From assembly GCA_964016885.1 (NCBI GenBank), contig OZ024740.1, positions 373,054,001-373,118,000 of the forward strand: a stretch of 64,000 bases of DNA, in the 5' to 3' direction. Origin of the DNA: Eledone cirrhosa (lineage: Eukaryota). The notes beneath the pieces are model-generated. The model saw only the letters and a program-made list of their open reading frames with translations. It did not search any database and was not told the DNA's origin. Position numbers and translations under genes: made by a program. This document shows, piece after piece, positions 44,279 to 57,900 of the stretch; the stretch's first letter is position 1, and each line of letters begins with the position of its first letter.

Positions 44279-47200
44279 GATTTCATGTATTAGCCACAAA
44301 GGCCGACATATAGGGGACAATACAAAGACAGGGACAGTGGGGTTTACAATAAGGTCGAGTAAAAGTGCACAATGGCAAGACTAATTTAACATTGAAGATA
44401 TAAAAATATAAAATAAACTATGCATAAATATAACAAAATAAATTCCCCGATAACTCGGGTACCACACCAATCCTGAACCACCCTGCGATTCTAGGGCACC
44501 CAGGAGATCACCCCACTCCTCAAGTTAGCTAACCTATAGGCGCATGGTCAGTGTAGGCCCATTCACACGAGCCATTCTTGCCACATTCATCCACCTTTTA
44601 GAAAATGTACTGGGGGGAGCACTTCTCACTCCAACCTCACCTTCCTTTCCAGGTGAACCTTGAAGAAGTTGATGAGGGATTGGCCGAATATAAAAGTTCC
44701 TGTCTTCAGTGCTTTTAACTTGGTCCACCATATAACCTCTTTCGCAACTGCCAACAATCAGGGGAACATTTCTTGCTCTTCCTGACCTAAGGACGGCGGC
44801 GGGTCGATCTTCACTATGGACTCGGCCGATAGCCGGATTCGTTCCACACGTGACAGTAGCTGTTCGACATAACTCCACAAGTCAGTAATGCACGGACATT
44901 GGACACGTGCGTGCAGAACGGTTTCGTCGTTATGTGTGCATCTTGGGCAGGTCCGTTTGACAGCACTTCCGTGGTTGTAGTGTTTATCCCGAACCGGCAG
45001 TGCCCCCCAGTAGCACTGCCAAGCGAGGGATTTCTGGAAATTGTCTCGAAAGTCCTCCGGTACAGACTGGTCAGTTCGACTTCCTCGAGGCCCAACGCTT
45101 CTCCGAGTACGTCATCGCACTTGCCCACCACTAATCCTCTATAGAACTCGAGAGTGGAAGTTCCACTGATCGCATTGCCTGCTTGGTAGAGGGCAGTGAG
45201 TGCCTGGCAACATTCCAGATGCCAGTCACCCAGTCTGGGTCTCTTCTTGACCCAGGACTGCAACTCAGTCAAATAAATGAGCTGCGGAAAGGCCCGTCTG
45301 ATAAACGGCGAGCACACCTGTTCACTGTTGAGGCAGAATATATGGAGATGTCGCAGCCTCAACGCATGTCTGCGCATCATTAGCCACGGCATGCCCAGCC
45401 CTCCGCGTAGAGGGTGCTGCAGCAGATGGACCACCTAACCAACGGAAATTGTCTCCTCCACAATCATTTGAAGAAGAGCCGTTCTAACTTGACGAGGCAC
45501 GGACGGGGGAAAGGCACGACGGTGAGGCGGTAGTAGATGACGGACGTGATGTACGCATTCACAACCTCCGCGCGACCCTTCAGTGATAGCTTCCTCCCAG
45601 CCCATTTTTGGATGAGACTGGCTACTCTGCTCGTTACCTAGTCCCAATTCTTTTCCACCTGGAGGTCTGGTCCGAACCAAACCATGAGCAACTTTACGGT
45701 CCGTCCGTACAGCAACCCACGAGGCTGTTGCAGAGCATGGGCCTGCCTCTCCAGGTTCCGAGCTGCAAGCCCACCGACTTTTCCCGGTTAAGTTTGGCTC
45801 CTGTCAACCTTTCGTATCCCTTCATATGTTGCCGACCACCTCTATTTCTGAGGTGTTCGACACCATCACGGTGATGTCGTCCGCATAAGCCGACACCGCC
45901 CTCCACGTCCCGGTTTGAGCGGGATGCCCTGCAACAGCTCCAGCTTCCGCAGTAACGGCTCGAGAGCCAATACGTACAGAAGGGAATAGAGAGGGCACCC
46001 TTGATGGACCGATCGGTAGAGCCGAAATGCTTCCGAGAGGTGGCCATTTACCTTGACCACCGAGCGTTTGCCGCTGTGCATTGCAGCGATCCAGCTTCTA
46101 AGCCAGCTGCTTTGAGGACAGACTCCAGATACCGATGGTCGACCCTATCGAATGCTTTCGATTGATCTAAATTGATCAGTGCCCTACCAAAGCCAGGTTT
46201 ACACCCTACCCTCTCTATGATGTATTGCATGAGGTGGAGATTGTCGTGTATGGACCTGGTTGGGATTGCGCAAGTTTTTCTCCTCCTCAACCAAATCCTC
46301 GACGACAAGCGCCAATCTCTTTGCTAACACCTTTGCCAAAATCTTAAACTCTGTGTTGAGCAGAGTTATGGGTCTGATGTTGTATGTATCCCTCTTGTTC
46401 TCGTCTTTCCTTATCAGCGTCACCACTCCCCTGCTCACAGAACTTGGAATACTCCCATTCTGCTGCCAGTTGCAGTAGAGTGCTTTGAGGAGATTGGAGA
46501 ACACATCTGGCATATTTACGTAAAACTCGTAGGGCAGGCCATCCAAACCGGGTGACTTGCGCCTGATGCAGCCGACAAGGGCATCCTGAATTTCGGCTGA
46601 AGTAATCGGCTTTTCACAGCGCTCGGCGTCGACCGTCGATATGCGTGGCAAGCCGTCATGATAGGGACTGAAATCCGCTACTCTCTCTTACTCGTCACTC
46701 TCCCCGAACAAGCGAGCAAAGTGCTGGCGAAAGGCCTCACTCATCCGCCTGGAATCGCTTATCTCGTGTCCGTCTCGGTCCGCCAAAGACCGAATTGTGG
46801 TTTTATTACCACGCTGCGCCTTCGCCACGCGGGCCCATCGAACAGCTTTGGTTCCCTCGTTTCTCAGCGCACGCGCCTTAGCTCTGACAATGCAACCTTC
46901 GTGTTTCGCATTGAAGAAATGGTCTAATGCCATTCTCGCCGCTAGCACCTCAGTTGCAATGCCACTACAAATTGCCTCGTCTAACTTATCTACCAGCTCT
47001 CCCTCCTTTCTGTTTTTCTCTAACGCTAGTTCTTTGCTGAACTCTATCGAAGTTACTCTAATCTCTCTTTTGAGAGCCCCCCCACCATCTGTTGTTGATG
47101 ATCCCCGTGTCATCTTTTGCTTAACTAAATTGTTGACTCGGTCCCTGTAAGCTTTACGTGCTGGAAATGACATGTTCAGCTTCCAGTAACCCGGTCGTAA

Positions 47201-47940
47201 CCTACGCGTTTTATCTAGGTCGACCGTACAGATCACAAATTTGTGATCTGAATAGGCGACCGATTTAAAATGTGGGCAGCCTATACTATTTCTATCTATT
47301 TTTCTAATGAAGATCCTGTCTATATACGATCTAGATGACCCCATTCGGTTGGTACATGTCCATACTGGCACATTGGGGAAAGCTAGTCGATACATGTCAG
47401 GCAGTTGGAACTGGCTGAGTAGATGCTTGAGGCTTTGGCATACCCCGCTTCTATCGGCTACTCCCACACAATCCCAGCGTGCGTCTAAGATGCCATTCCA
47501 GTCCCCCGCTAACAGTAAAGGGCGAGACGTACCCAGAAAGGTATCCAGGCGCCTAAAGAAGTCCGGTCGTCCGGCCCCTGTAGGGGCGTAGACGGCCAGC
47601 AGTCTAAAGGCACCACCTTCGCTACTGCTCACATCCAAGACCACCAACTACCGTCCGGGTTCCGGAAGATCGACCTTACCTCGAGTTCCTGTCCTTTCCT
47701 AAACAGCACTGCCACCCCACCCTCATTCCCGGCCTGCCAACAGATGCGAAGATCTGATAGTCATCTAAAATGGGGCCTAGTGCGCGCGTGTCGGAAATTC
47801 TGGTCTCGCTGACGGCAATCACATCCATTTCCAACGACCTGAGGTCGTTGAGCAGGCGACCCTGCTTCCAGGGTGACCCCAGGCCGCGAAAGTTTAACTT
47901 CCTACTCTTAATATGGCCATGTTGGCAAGCTAAGAGAGAG
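44279..47940 (-). mobile_element. Tx1/L1-clade LINE, ORF2 only (APE endonuclease plus RT), frameshifted
   Basis: LNFRGL..VSETR, VYAP, LAGDWNG, SYIDRIF, SDH, KSPGLDGLPYEFY, RPITLLNTEFKILAKVLAKRL, LDQSKAFDRVDH, QGCPL, AYADD; probable ATG at 47920, stop at 44534; TAA-type repeats on both sides. Confidence 0.92.
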
Positions 47941-48504
47941 TAATAATAATGATAACAAAACAACAATAACACTAATAATAATAATGCTGTTGTTGTTATT
48001 ATTGAATTACAGATTTTCAGATGGCGTCATCAAGTATAAAATAAGAAAATATCCGTATAAATTTACAACAAACTGATAATTACGTTGTTTAGTTTGCTGA
48101 ACACGCATTATTCTAGTGAAGTGAGTGTCTTTACAGGCGGAGAAAAAAGGGAAAAATTAATAGGAAACAACTAGAAGCTGCATTTCAGATTCTTGAGTGA
48201 TGTGTTAAAAATGTACATATGGGAATCGCTTGTTGATTATATTGTAATAAGTGAACATAATTACTGCATGTGTGTAGCTAAATATTTAGAAGTGTTCTTT
48301 ACCTACAATGGAAACTTGCGTAGTTGTAACTAGTTTGATTACTACTTTCACAACTAGTTGATGGTGTAAATTTTAGCACAAGGCAATGATATTGATTAAC
48401 GTGAAATTACCATAGACAATTACATATATTGCTTCAATTCTAATGCTTCACTTGGTCTCTGTTCATACTTTCTGGAAAATTTCTTCAGGTAATAGGCAGC
48501 TCTA

Positions 48505-48570
<66 letters not shown>

Positions 48571-48571
48571 G

Positions 48572-48631
<60 letters not shown>

Positions 48632-48660
48632 TTACTAATGTTACTAATACTACTATTACT
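48505..48660. repeat. (CTA)n grading into (CTG)n
   Basis: Directly visible. Confidence 0.97.
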
Positions 48661-49989
48661 AGTACAGTCGGTGCAGCTTCTGCTGGTGTTGCTGCTATTG
48701 TTTTGGGGCTAATACTGCTGTTGTAACATCTGGTTAATAGTGCTAATATATATATATTTTTTTTTTTTTTATATTTTAGTCAGAGTAAGAAGAGCAACAA
48801 CCACGATATCTTAAATGCTTCCAAGTATGATTAGACTGGAGAATATTTTATTCCCAGGAGACATTGAAAAAAGAAAAAAAGCGGCCTTCGGTGAAGGCAA
48901 CAAAGAACTAAACGGTTTCTTAAAGCATGCAGTGGAAGACATTTCACCCCAGAACGGGAATGACACCTTCAATTCAGTTCCCCATAATCTCCGTCAAGAA
49001 AACCCTTTTATTCAACCCGAGGTTATAATATGAAAAAAAGACATGCACCCGGAGCTGCACAGTGGCATTGAACCAAAAATCATATAACTCAGGAGAAATC
49101 ACAACAAATGTGTGTGTAGGTTTAATTTTTTTTTCTCTACACTGGATAGATATTTTCATTTTTCTTTCCTCTATTTATATAGTTTTGGATGATTGATAAT
49201 GTGTGGCAAAATGCTGCTTAGCATTAAGAATTCTCTGGAATGTAACTTTTAGGTAATTATTTTACATTTGCTCATATTATGGGGAGTTGATGGGAGTTAT
49301 TTCCATTGATTGGTGTGTTAAATTAGGTTGCTGTTTATCCTGAGATTAACGAAGATAGAGCATACATATAATCTTAAGAATTCCAATTCTAACTGCCCGA
49401 TTTTTCTAGTTATAATTCATCTACTGCCATTTTTTAAAGAGAGCGTGCTGTGATGTGAAGAAGATTTGGCTTCATTTGTACGAACGTTGAACAGTCAGGT
49501 AGCGGTTCAGTTAAAAGCAGATAAGATTTTATGCATGTATTAGTATTCTTGTTGCATGAATCTATTGTGTTTACGGCCATCATAGGAAAATGTATATAGG
49601 CAATTATTTTTCTGGTGATTGTGTATATGTGAATAATTTCTCAATGGAATAATGTATCATGCATTTGAATCTCAATCACATTGTAACTTGTCACAATAGC
49701 ATTTACTTCTTATATAAAAAAAAACCATAGAATTAATAGGATATGGACGTATTTGACACGGATGGATGAATGATAAAAAAAGAGATAGAACATGTTCATG
49801 GGAAATGCAATAATAACGGTGTGAGGAAGAATAAAGAGATACAGATAAGAGAATAATGTTGAAATGAAAACGATAGTATTGGCAAGGTCTAGAATATAGT
49901 GAAGGGTTTTTACTTAGGTGCTGATGGAAAGTGGGATTTGTAAATATAACATCACGAGGCAAAAGAAAGGTGATATAGGAAGAATTGCT

Positions 49990-51193
49990 TCTGGTCCGAG
50001 GTTTCTTGGAAAAACAAAGCGGATTTGGTACGAGTATGAGAAACGTGTCCCGCATATGCAACCCCAAAGAGCTAGAGAGACACAGACAACACTTCATCCA
50101 CCGTATGCAGTTCTCTGCTTACAATCAGAGAGATAAAATCAGAGTATATAGAGGAGCCAGAACCAAATGGGAAAAACTGGTAAATAATGATACAAATGGG
50201 ACCTGCCCATTGTATAGGAGCACATTTTGGAATAGAATAGAAAGAACTAGGAATAAGGTTGATAGAATAAACTCATGGCATGATAGCAATAAATACCAGA
50301 GTGTAATGTTCATCAATACAACCCCTAGAGGTGAATTAGCTTACAAATTTAGAAGGGCCTTAGATAAACTTAAACTTAATATTAAGATAGTAGAAAGACC
50401 AGGTACCTCCATAAAAACACTTATTAGTAATACATACCCTGTTCAAAGGCCCCCTCTATAGATAAGAAATGCATAATCTGTAAACTAAGCCCCCATATTA
50501 ACTGTAAAACTAGAAATGTAGTATATAGCATAAGATGTACTGAAGGACAATGTAAATATAAGAATATAGTGTACATAGGTGAGACAGCTTGTAGTATAGG
50601 AGAAAGGTTAAATGAACACTGGCAACAGCTTCAAGATAAAAAAAAGAATCATCAATACTCCACCAACATGCTAAAATAGAACATAAGGGCAAATTAGAGA
50701 ACATAGAATCTACACACAGAAAAGACGCATGTTTAGACAAATCACAAAGGCAGTAAACATAAATGAACTCCAACCAAAATCAAATAGAAAACATGAATGG
50801 AATAGCAACATCACAACTTACAATTAAGGACAAAATTAAAACACACACACACATAGAACAAACAACCAACCAGTAACATGTAAATAAACAAATAAATAAA
50901 AAATGAAAACACACACAGACACCAGGAGGTAACACATGCGCAAACTAAGAACACAGCACACACAAAAACAAGATGGCGTAGGACAGAAAAAAGGCGAGGC
51001 ACAAAACAAAGACAAAAATCCCCAGTCACTGAAGAGGTAACATAATGTGTGACGAAAGAACTTTGACAATATATGAACAACCGTCCGGTTGTGGAACCAA
51101 CCAACCGGAAATTTATAAATTTATAATAAATTGGAGTGAAAGCATGGTGCGTGTGTTTCTTATTGGCAACATGACCCTCCCAAAGCATAACAA
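49990..51193 (+). mobile_element. 5'-truncated PLE, same family as 15918-18230 (ORF end with GIY-YIG plus pseudo-LTR)
   Basis: MRNVSRICNP..MQFSAYNQRDK..CPLYRS..IVERPG, then VVYSIRC..VYIGET; pseudo-LTR ends aaagcataacaa(TA)n. Confidence 0.9.
51025..51067 (+). ncRNA. Type I hammerhead in PLE pseudo-LTR
   Basis: gtca CTGAAGA ggtaacataatgtgtgac GAAAG aa CTT tgac. Confidence 0.7.
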
Positions 51194-51218
51194 TATATAT
51201 ATATATATATTATATGTA

Positions 51219-51289
51219 TATAGAGATGGAAAGCCCTGATGATTTCCTTCGAATGAAACAGTTTTATTTCTGTAAAATCCATTTCTATA
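51219..51289 (+). ncRNA. Hammerhead, family of 22035-22085
   Basis: CTGATGA tttc cttc gaat GAAACAG ttttattt CTGTA; proximal stem I broken, distal arms pair. Confidence 0.55.
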
Positions 51290-51400
51290 CTATATATATA
51301 TATATATATTTAATAATTCATATGGTAGAATGATAAAATAACTAATATATATATATGATAAAGAACACTAGAGCGTCTACAACATCAAAACATTTTTATT

Positions 51401-51447
51401 GGCTTACAATGTTTCTTCCTTACGTAACCGTAGGATTCGTCAGAGCT
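51401..51447 (-). ncRNA. Type I hammerhead
   Basis: Minus strand: gct CTGACGA atcctacg gtta cgtaaggaa GAAAC att GTA agc, then AATAAA. Confidence 0.7.
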
Positions 51448-51602
51448 ATAAAAGGGGTTTGATTGGTGTTATGGACTCTACCAACCAAAATATATAATAT
51501 ATATATATATATATATTAGTTATTTTATCATTCTACCATATGAATTATTAAATTATGAATTATCATTATATGCATCATTATTTCGATCTCTATCTATCGA
51601 CC

Positions 51603-51664
<62 letters not shown>

Positions 51665-51721
51665 TAAGTTGTTTTTATATATATATATATATATATTTAC
51701 ACATACACCAATATATTTACA

Positions 51722-52698
51722 CATACACCAATTAAACAAAGTCACAACTATATATGTGTTTTGGCAACTATTCACGATGTGGCTCAATGAAGAATTAATA
51801 AATTAAATAATTTTGAAATGTTGGGTAAATATTCTATAGCGATTGGACGCGAAGACGCTGCTGTTGCGTATTTATTTACTGTTTCTTCATAGGTGTCTTT
51901 TATTCTTATAGCCTGGTCTAATTGATTTTTTGTGTGGTAAATTATGCTGATTGGGAGTAGAGATGATGTATATATATTATCAAATAATTCTCCGGACATG
52001 CTTTACTCTATAGTGTTTTGCTCTGATTATTTAATTTATTAATTCTCCATTGAGCCACATCGTGAATAGTTGCCAAAAGACATATATACATGTGACTTTG
52101 TTTAATTGGTGTATGTGTAAATATTTATATTTAATAATCTCCCATAAGTTTGAGATACAATTTGGGCGATATTGGGCTGCGCTTCCTAGCAACCAACCCA
52201 CTCGCCGTAAGCAACCAATTACACCCTTCCTGACTTGACCACTGCCACGTCACAGTTTTCAACCATTTTGAATTCGTGTTTGGCGGGGGCCACTTCGGAA
52301 ACAAATCTGTCCTAGCAAATTTGTCCCCTGATGAGCTCTAAACTCGAGATGTCCTTAATAAGATATCTCAAAATGTGAGCGAAACCAATGGGTCGGGATT
52401 TAGAGATTTAATCCTGGTATGTATATAAGCATTTCTAACTTTAAATTTTACCTAATTATGTATGGTTGACCGTGTATTTAATTAATTTCCACGTGCTTTG
52501 AAATGTTGGGTAAATATTCTATGGCGGTTGGACGCGAAGTCGCTGCTGTGGCGTATTTATTTACTGTTTCTTCATATGTGCCTTTTATTCTTATAGCCTG
52601 GTCAAATTGATTTTTTGTGTGGTGAATTATGCTGATTGGGAGTAGAGTTGATGTATATATATTATCAAATAATTCTCTGGACATGCTGTACTCTATAG
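51722..52698. repeat. Rearranged repeat copies: inverted 51722-51812/52030-52127 and direct 51816-52013/52501-52698
   Basis: Visible direct and reverse-complement matches. Confidence 0.75.
52323..52399 (+). ncRNA. Type I hammerhead with extended stem II
   Basis: gtccc CTGATGA gctc..gagatgtc/gatatctc..gagc GAAACC aatg GGTC gggat; canonical core and GUC site. Confidence 0.85.
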
Positions 52699-53697
52699 TA
52701 TATATATATATATAATAGGAGCTTGATGCAACTAGCATAAGTTTCCCTGCTAGTACCGATTGCATTTCAGCATACTCAATAGGTACTGTTAAGTAAATAT
52801 CACAGGGTAGACACAAAGTTAGTTGCTTCAATACAGCACACCTAAATGTGTACCATAAAATCTCTACCCGTACTCGAGTTTCAGCGACACTTGATGCAGC
52901 AAGAGAGTGTACAGCATCTCTCGTCTGCATTTATTATGCAACAATGCAAACTCAGCGCATGTGGCTGAATTAGCAGGTCTCACCAAATCAATAACCTATC
53001 GATCGATTCCATTCCGTGCAGCCCATGGCAGTGAATGCGACAGGTGACACAGTAGTACATTATTAACTGAAATCCCTACGTGCCATCAAATGCCGTCAAC
53101 AGATTGGTAACTCGTTCAGAAATATACGTTATGGTAGGAGTTGAAATCCTATTCATTACACTCCTCCATAAGGTCTCACCAACATACCTCAAGTCAAACA
53201 CAAATTAACGATTGAGTGAAAAAATCGCGCTGTAGGGGGTTCCTAATTAAGGCACAAGATGTACTGGGGAGGATGGGTATAACAACTCGATTAGAATTAT
53301 TAAAGTTACAGACTCAATGATTAAAACTCAGCATTGCTTACTTTTTATCTCTCATGAATATTAAAACCAGTGTAATACTGGTACGATTATAAAAAGTATT
53401 TCCCTCTCTATAATGTATGCATTTTGCTTGATATAAACAGTCTTTCTTATATTTACCTTGTTATTTTATAATGACAATATATATAATGTTATTATTTGTA
53501 AAAGTCTAAACGATATTTTTAATTACTATATAATAAACATAAAAATATCGGAAGAATAAGCATGTAATATGACTCGAAAACATTGACACACATTATATAC
53601 TGTCTGACTATAAATGTATACACACATGCATACATATAAACATATGCACCCCTATCACTCGCTTTCTCTCTTACTCTCTCTCCACACACACACACAA

Positions 53698-53766
<69 letters not shown>

Positions 53767-54276
53767 CCTGGCTTAATGAACGTACATAATCGATCGAGGC
53801 TTCAGTCAAGTTGTTTTTTGTACTAGTCCAAACGTTATAATGAAGTACATATGAACCAAAATATATGCGTAAATACTTCCATCAAAACGAATTTCATTTG
53901 CATTGGTCTTGCGGGAATGAATATACGGTTATGTTTGAATTATTGACTCATATTTTATTAATCATCACCGAAAACATTTTCAGTTTCACTTGAAATCTGT
54001 TATGAAAACTAAATATTTACAAGTTTAAAAATAAATAAATAACGCAACAAGCAATTTGCTTTAAAAACTCAGATTTAATCTTGATCGCAAATTGTATATT
54101 TGTGATATTTGACACAGTCTGGTATAATCAGTAGATGTACAATTGTTCAAGTGTAAACATCCGAGTGTTGAAAATTTTAGTATGTAAGCATACCCAAAAC
54201 AAAAAAAAATAACTGTTATAAGAGCCGTGCACTATTTTTGAGTAACTATAACCAGTTTTCTCAATTATTTTAATAA

Positions 54277-54473
54277 ATTATTGTTCTACATTTGGCACAA
54301 GGCCAGCAATTATCCCAGTGTATTGGTTGTACTTTATTTTATCGACCCCGTAAGAATGAAAGGCAAAGTTAACCTCCACAGGATTTGAACTCAGACAGTA
54401 AAGAGACGTAGCTCTATGCTACAAAGCATAGTGTCCGACGCTGTACCGATACTGCCAATCCAAATATTGCCTT
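54277..54473 (-). mobile_element. tRNA-derived SINE
   Basis: Homologous to 28145-28321 and 61412-61595. Confidence 0.75.
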
Positions 54474-54568
54474 GCCAATCCCTGACTGCTACTACAGTAA
54501 TTTCCTGCATTCTGGACGTTCAAATATTTCAAATTTCAAATCTCAAACATTATCAAGACTTTGGTGAC

Positions 54569-54625
<57 letters not shown>

Positions 54626-54864
54626 TTTGGGGATGAAGCAAGTCGAACAGAGTGCACACTTTCGTTACGCAGTGTTGAAAATGACTTCGTGTGGATAAGA
54701 TGATACGGTACCAGGACATACTGGCAAAGGAAATTCACATTGAAAAATATGAATATGATTGTCGACACAAGCACTCAAACTGTCTGCTTTCAAATAGAAA
54801 GCATATATGATACAAACAACAATAAAAATTAAATCGAACTTGGTAAACACAGTGCGATCTTTCA

Positions 54865-54912
<48 letters not shown>

Positions 54913-54915
<3 letters not shown>

Positions 54916-57900
54916 GGAAAAATTTGAACAGGTACAAAACAGAGAGGCAGTACAACGAATGTTTATTAATTTCACGCTATGGAGAGTGGGGTGGTGGTGG
55001 GGAACGACGTTTCGGGCATAAACCCTTCCTTAGGTGAGAAGTATGTGGGAACAGAGTTCAAAGGGTGTGTAGGGGAGTGGTGGAGAGACATATAGCGAAA
55101 GGAAACGGTGCGAATGAAATTAAAAATAAAAATAAAAATAAAGCATGATCAAAATAAAAGGAATGAAATAAAAATAAATATAAAAGCATGATCAAAATAA
55201 ACTGAAATTAAAAAGGGGTAAAACAGGTGGTGGAAGGGTGTGGGGTGTGTAGTATTGGAGTGGGAGAGGGAGACCGGGTGTCCGAGCGGGGAGGGCTGAA
55301 GGTGGTGTGTGTGTGTGTGTGTGTATGTGAAAGTAAGGGTTGGGGGAAGAACGGGGTTGCATGTTCAGGAAGAGGTGTGTGTGTGTGGGGGGGGGGGGTG
55401 TAGGTCGGAGTGTCTGTGCGTGTGTGGATAGAGGGATGGGGGTAGATGAATCGGGATGCTGAGGGTGTAAATATGTGGTGGAAAGCACGTGTGTGTGGGG
55501 TTTAAGCGTGTTGTGGGTGTAGGTGGCGTGTGGGAGAAAAAAAATGTTTTTGGGTGTGTGTGTGGGTGAGTTATATAGGTGATTCCGTAAGAGGATGGTT
55601 GAAATGTTGGTAAATTCCTATGATGTTAATAGATTCCGTGGTGGTCAAGTTCCACATACGAGTATTCCACGAAGAGATGGTCGGAAGAGGAGAGATGTGG
55701 GGTACGCGCGCAACAGGAAGTGCTCAAGCGGTGGGAGTGCTGTGCGTCTGTTTGTGCTGGGAGGTGGTCAGAGGGCATAGCAGCAGTCGGGTGGAGGGTA
55801 AAGGGGCGAGGATGGGTAGGTGTGAAAGTTGGAGCGAGGAAGGTGTGTGTGTGTATTAGTAGAGGTGTTAGTGGGATGAGTGAGTGTGGAGCGAGGGTGT
55901 GGGTGGAGCGGGGAGAGAAGGGTGTGTGTAGTTCTATGGAGGGAGTGTGGTGTACTGGTGTGTGTGTAGTTTGATGAAGGGGGTGTTAGTGGGTGTTAGT
56001 ATACGGGAGGTGGGGAAAGGGTTGAATGCAGGTGTGAGTGGGGGTTAGTGGTGGTAGGGTGTGTAGAGTTGGTGGTGAACGAGGGTGTGTGGGTACGTGT
56101 GCGTGGGGTTGGGGGGTATTAGTGATGTTAGTTGCGTGTGGGGGGTGAGTGGTGTAAGTGGGTGCGTGTATTCGTGTGCTTGGGGTCAGGGGGTGTTAGT
56201 GAGGTTAGTTGCGGGGTGGTGGGATGGAGGTGTGGGGGTGACGGTTAGTGGTGGTAGTAGGGTGTGTGTTTAGTGTGAGCGGGTGTATATATGTGCCGGT
56301 GGGTGTGTGCGTGTGATAAGGCTGGGGGAGGACAAGAAGAGGGGGATGTTAGTATGTTAGTTAGGGAAGGGTGGTCGGATGAGGGGTGGAGTGGAGGTGT
56401 TAGTATTTTTAGTTGTGGGGTGGACGGTGAAAAGGAGGGGTGTGTTAGTGGTGTTAGTGGGGGATATGTGTGGGCTGGTGGTCGAAGGCTAAAGGAATAA
56501 GGGTGGGGAGTTCAGGCCGGAGGGAGTGTGGGTCTGTAAGATGAAGATAGTTCTTTGTTCGACTCTAAGGAGATTGGCGGGTGTTCCGTGGCATTGGAGT
56601 AGGCCACAGATTTGATATGGCGTGCGGAATGTCCAGGGGCACCAAAGTGGCGGGCGATGGGGGAACTACCACCGAGACGAATATACCGGAGGTGCTCAGT
56701 GAATCGGTCCGCCAGGCGACGGCCCGTCTGTCCGACATAATCGTAGAATAGTTTGGAGGAGGTGCAGCGGAAGGCATGCCGGACAGAGAGAGAGTGGCCG
56801 TTGGGACCCTGGAAGGTGGTGGTGTTGGTGATCTTGGGACATGTGTTGCAGCGGGGCCTAGAACAGGGAAAGGAACCGGGGGGGAGCGTGGGTTGAGGGG
56901 TAGGGAGCTGTGGACGAGGAGGGTGCGGAGATTGCGTGCGCGTTTGGAGGAGGGGAGTGGTGGGGTTGGGAAGATGTGGGAGGTGGAGGAGTCGGACTGG
57001 AGACATCAGAAGAGGCGGCGCATGGTGCGGTGGAGGGGTAAGGTGGAGGGGTGGTAGGTGATGTGGAAGGGGAGACGGTGGGTGCGTGTGCGGTGGCGTG
57101 GGTGAGGGTGGTGGAGCGGTGGACAGCACGGGCGCGGGTGAGAGCGGTGTGGACGAGAGGGGGGGGGGGTAACCTCTGCGGATGAAATGGCTGACTAGGG
57201 AAAGGGCCTGGGACTCGAAGTCAGCATCTCGGCTACAGAGGCGGCGGATCCTGAGGAGTTGGGAGCAGGGAATGGAGTGTTTAGTGTGGGTGGGGTGGGA
57301 AGAGGTGGAGTCGAAGTAAGAGTGGGAGTCGGTGGGTTTGAAGAAGGCGGAGGTGAGAGGGAGTGGTGGGAGGGGTCGAAGGCGACGGAGATGTCTAAGA
57401 AGTGGACGTGGGTGGTGGATATAGAGGTGGTGAAGTGGAGGGAGGGGTGGAAGGAGCAGAAGAAGGAGAGAAAGGAGTCGAGCTGTTCTCGGGTGAGGGT
57501 CGTGGCTCCGATACAGTCGTCAATGTAACGACCGTACAGTTCGGGCGTAGGGCCGGTGTACTGGGCAAATATTTGGGCCTCAACATGGCCAACAAATAGG
57601 TTGGCATAGTTCGGGCCCATTCTTGTACCCATGGCTACCCCCGTGACCTGTTGGTAACACTCACCCGAGAAGGAGAAATAATTGAGGGTGAGGACCAGCG
57701 CGGCGAGGCGAAGAAGGGTGAGGGTGGAGGGGATGGGGGAGGGGCGAAGGTCGAGGTAGTGTTTGAGGGCGCGTAGGCCGTTGGCGTGGGGGATGACGGT
57801 ATAGAGGGACTTGATGTCTAGGGTGAAGAGGAAGGGCTGTGGGCCGGGTGGGTAGGTGAAGGAGTCGAAAAGGCGCAGGGCGTGGTTGGTGTCGGAGATG

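Noticed and set aside
48784-49033. Acceptor-like site followed by a 72-aa ORF
   Set aside because: No recognisable protein motif and an upstream in-frame stop; needs RNA evidence
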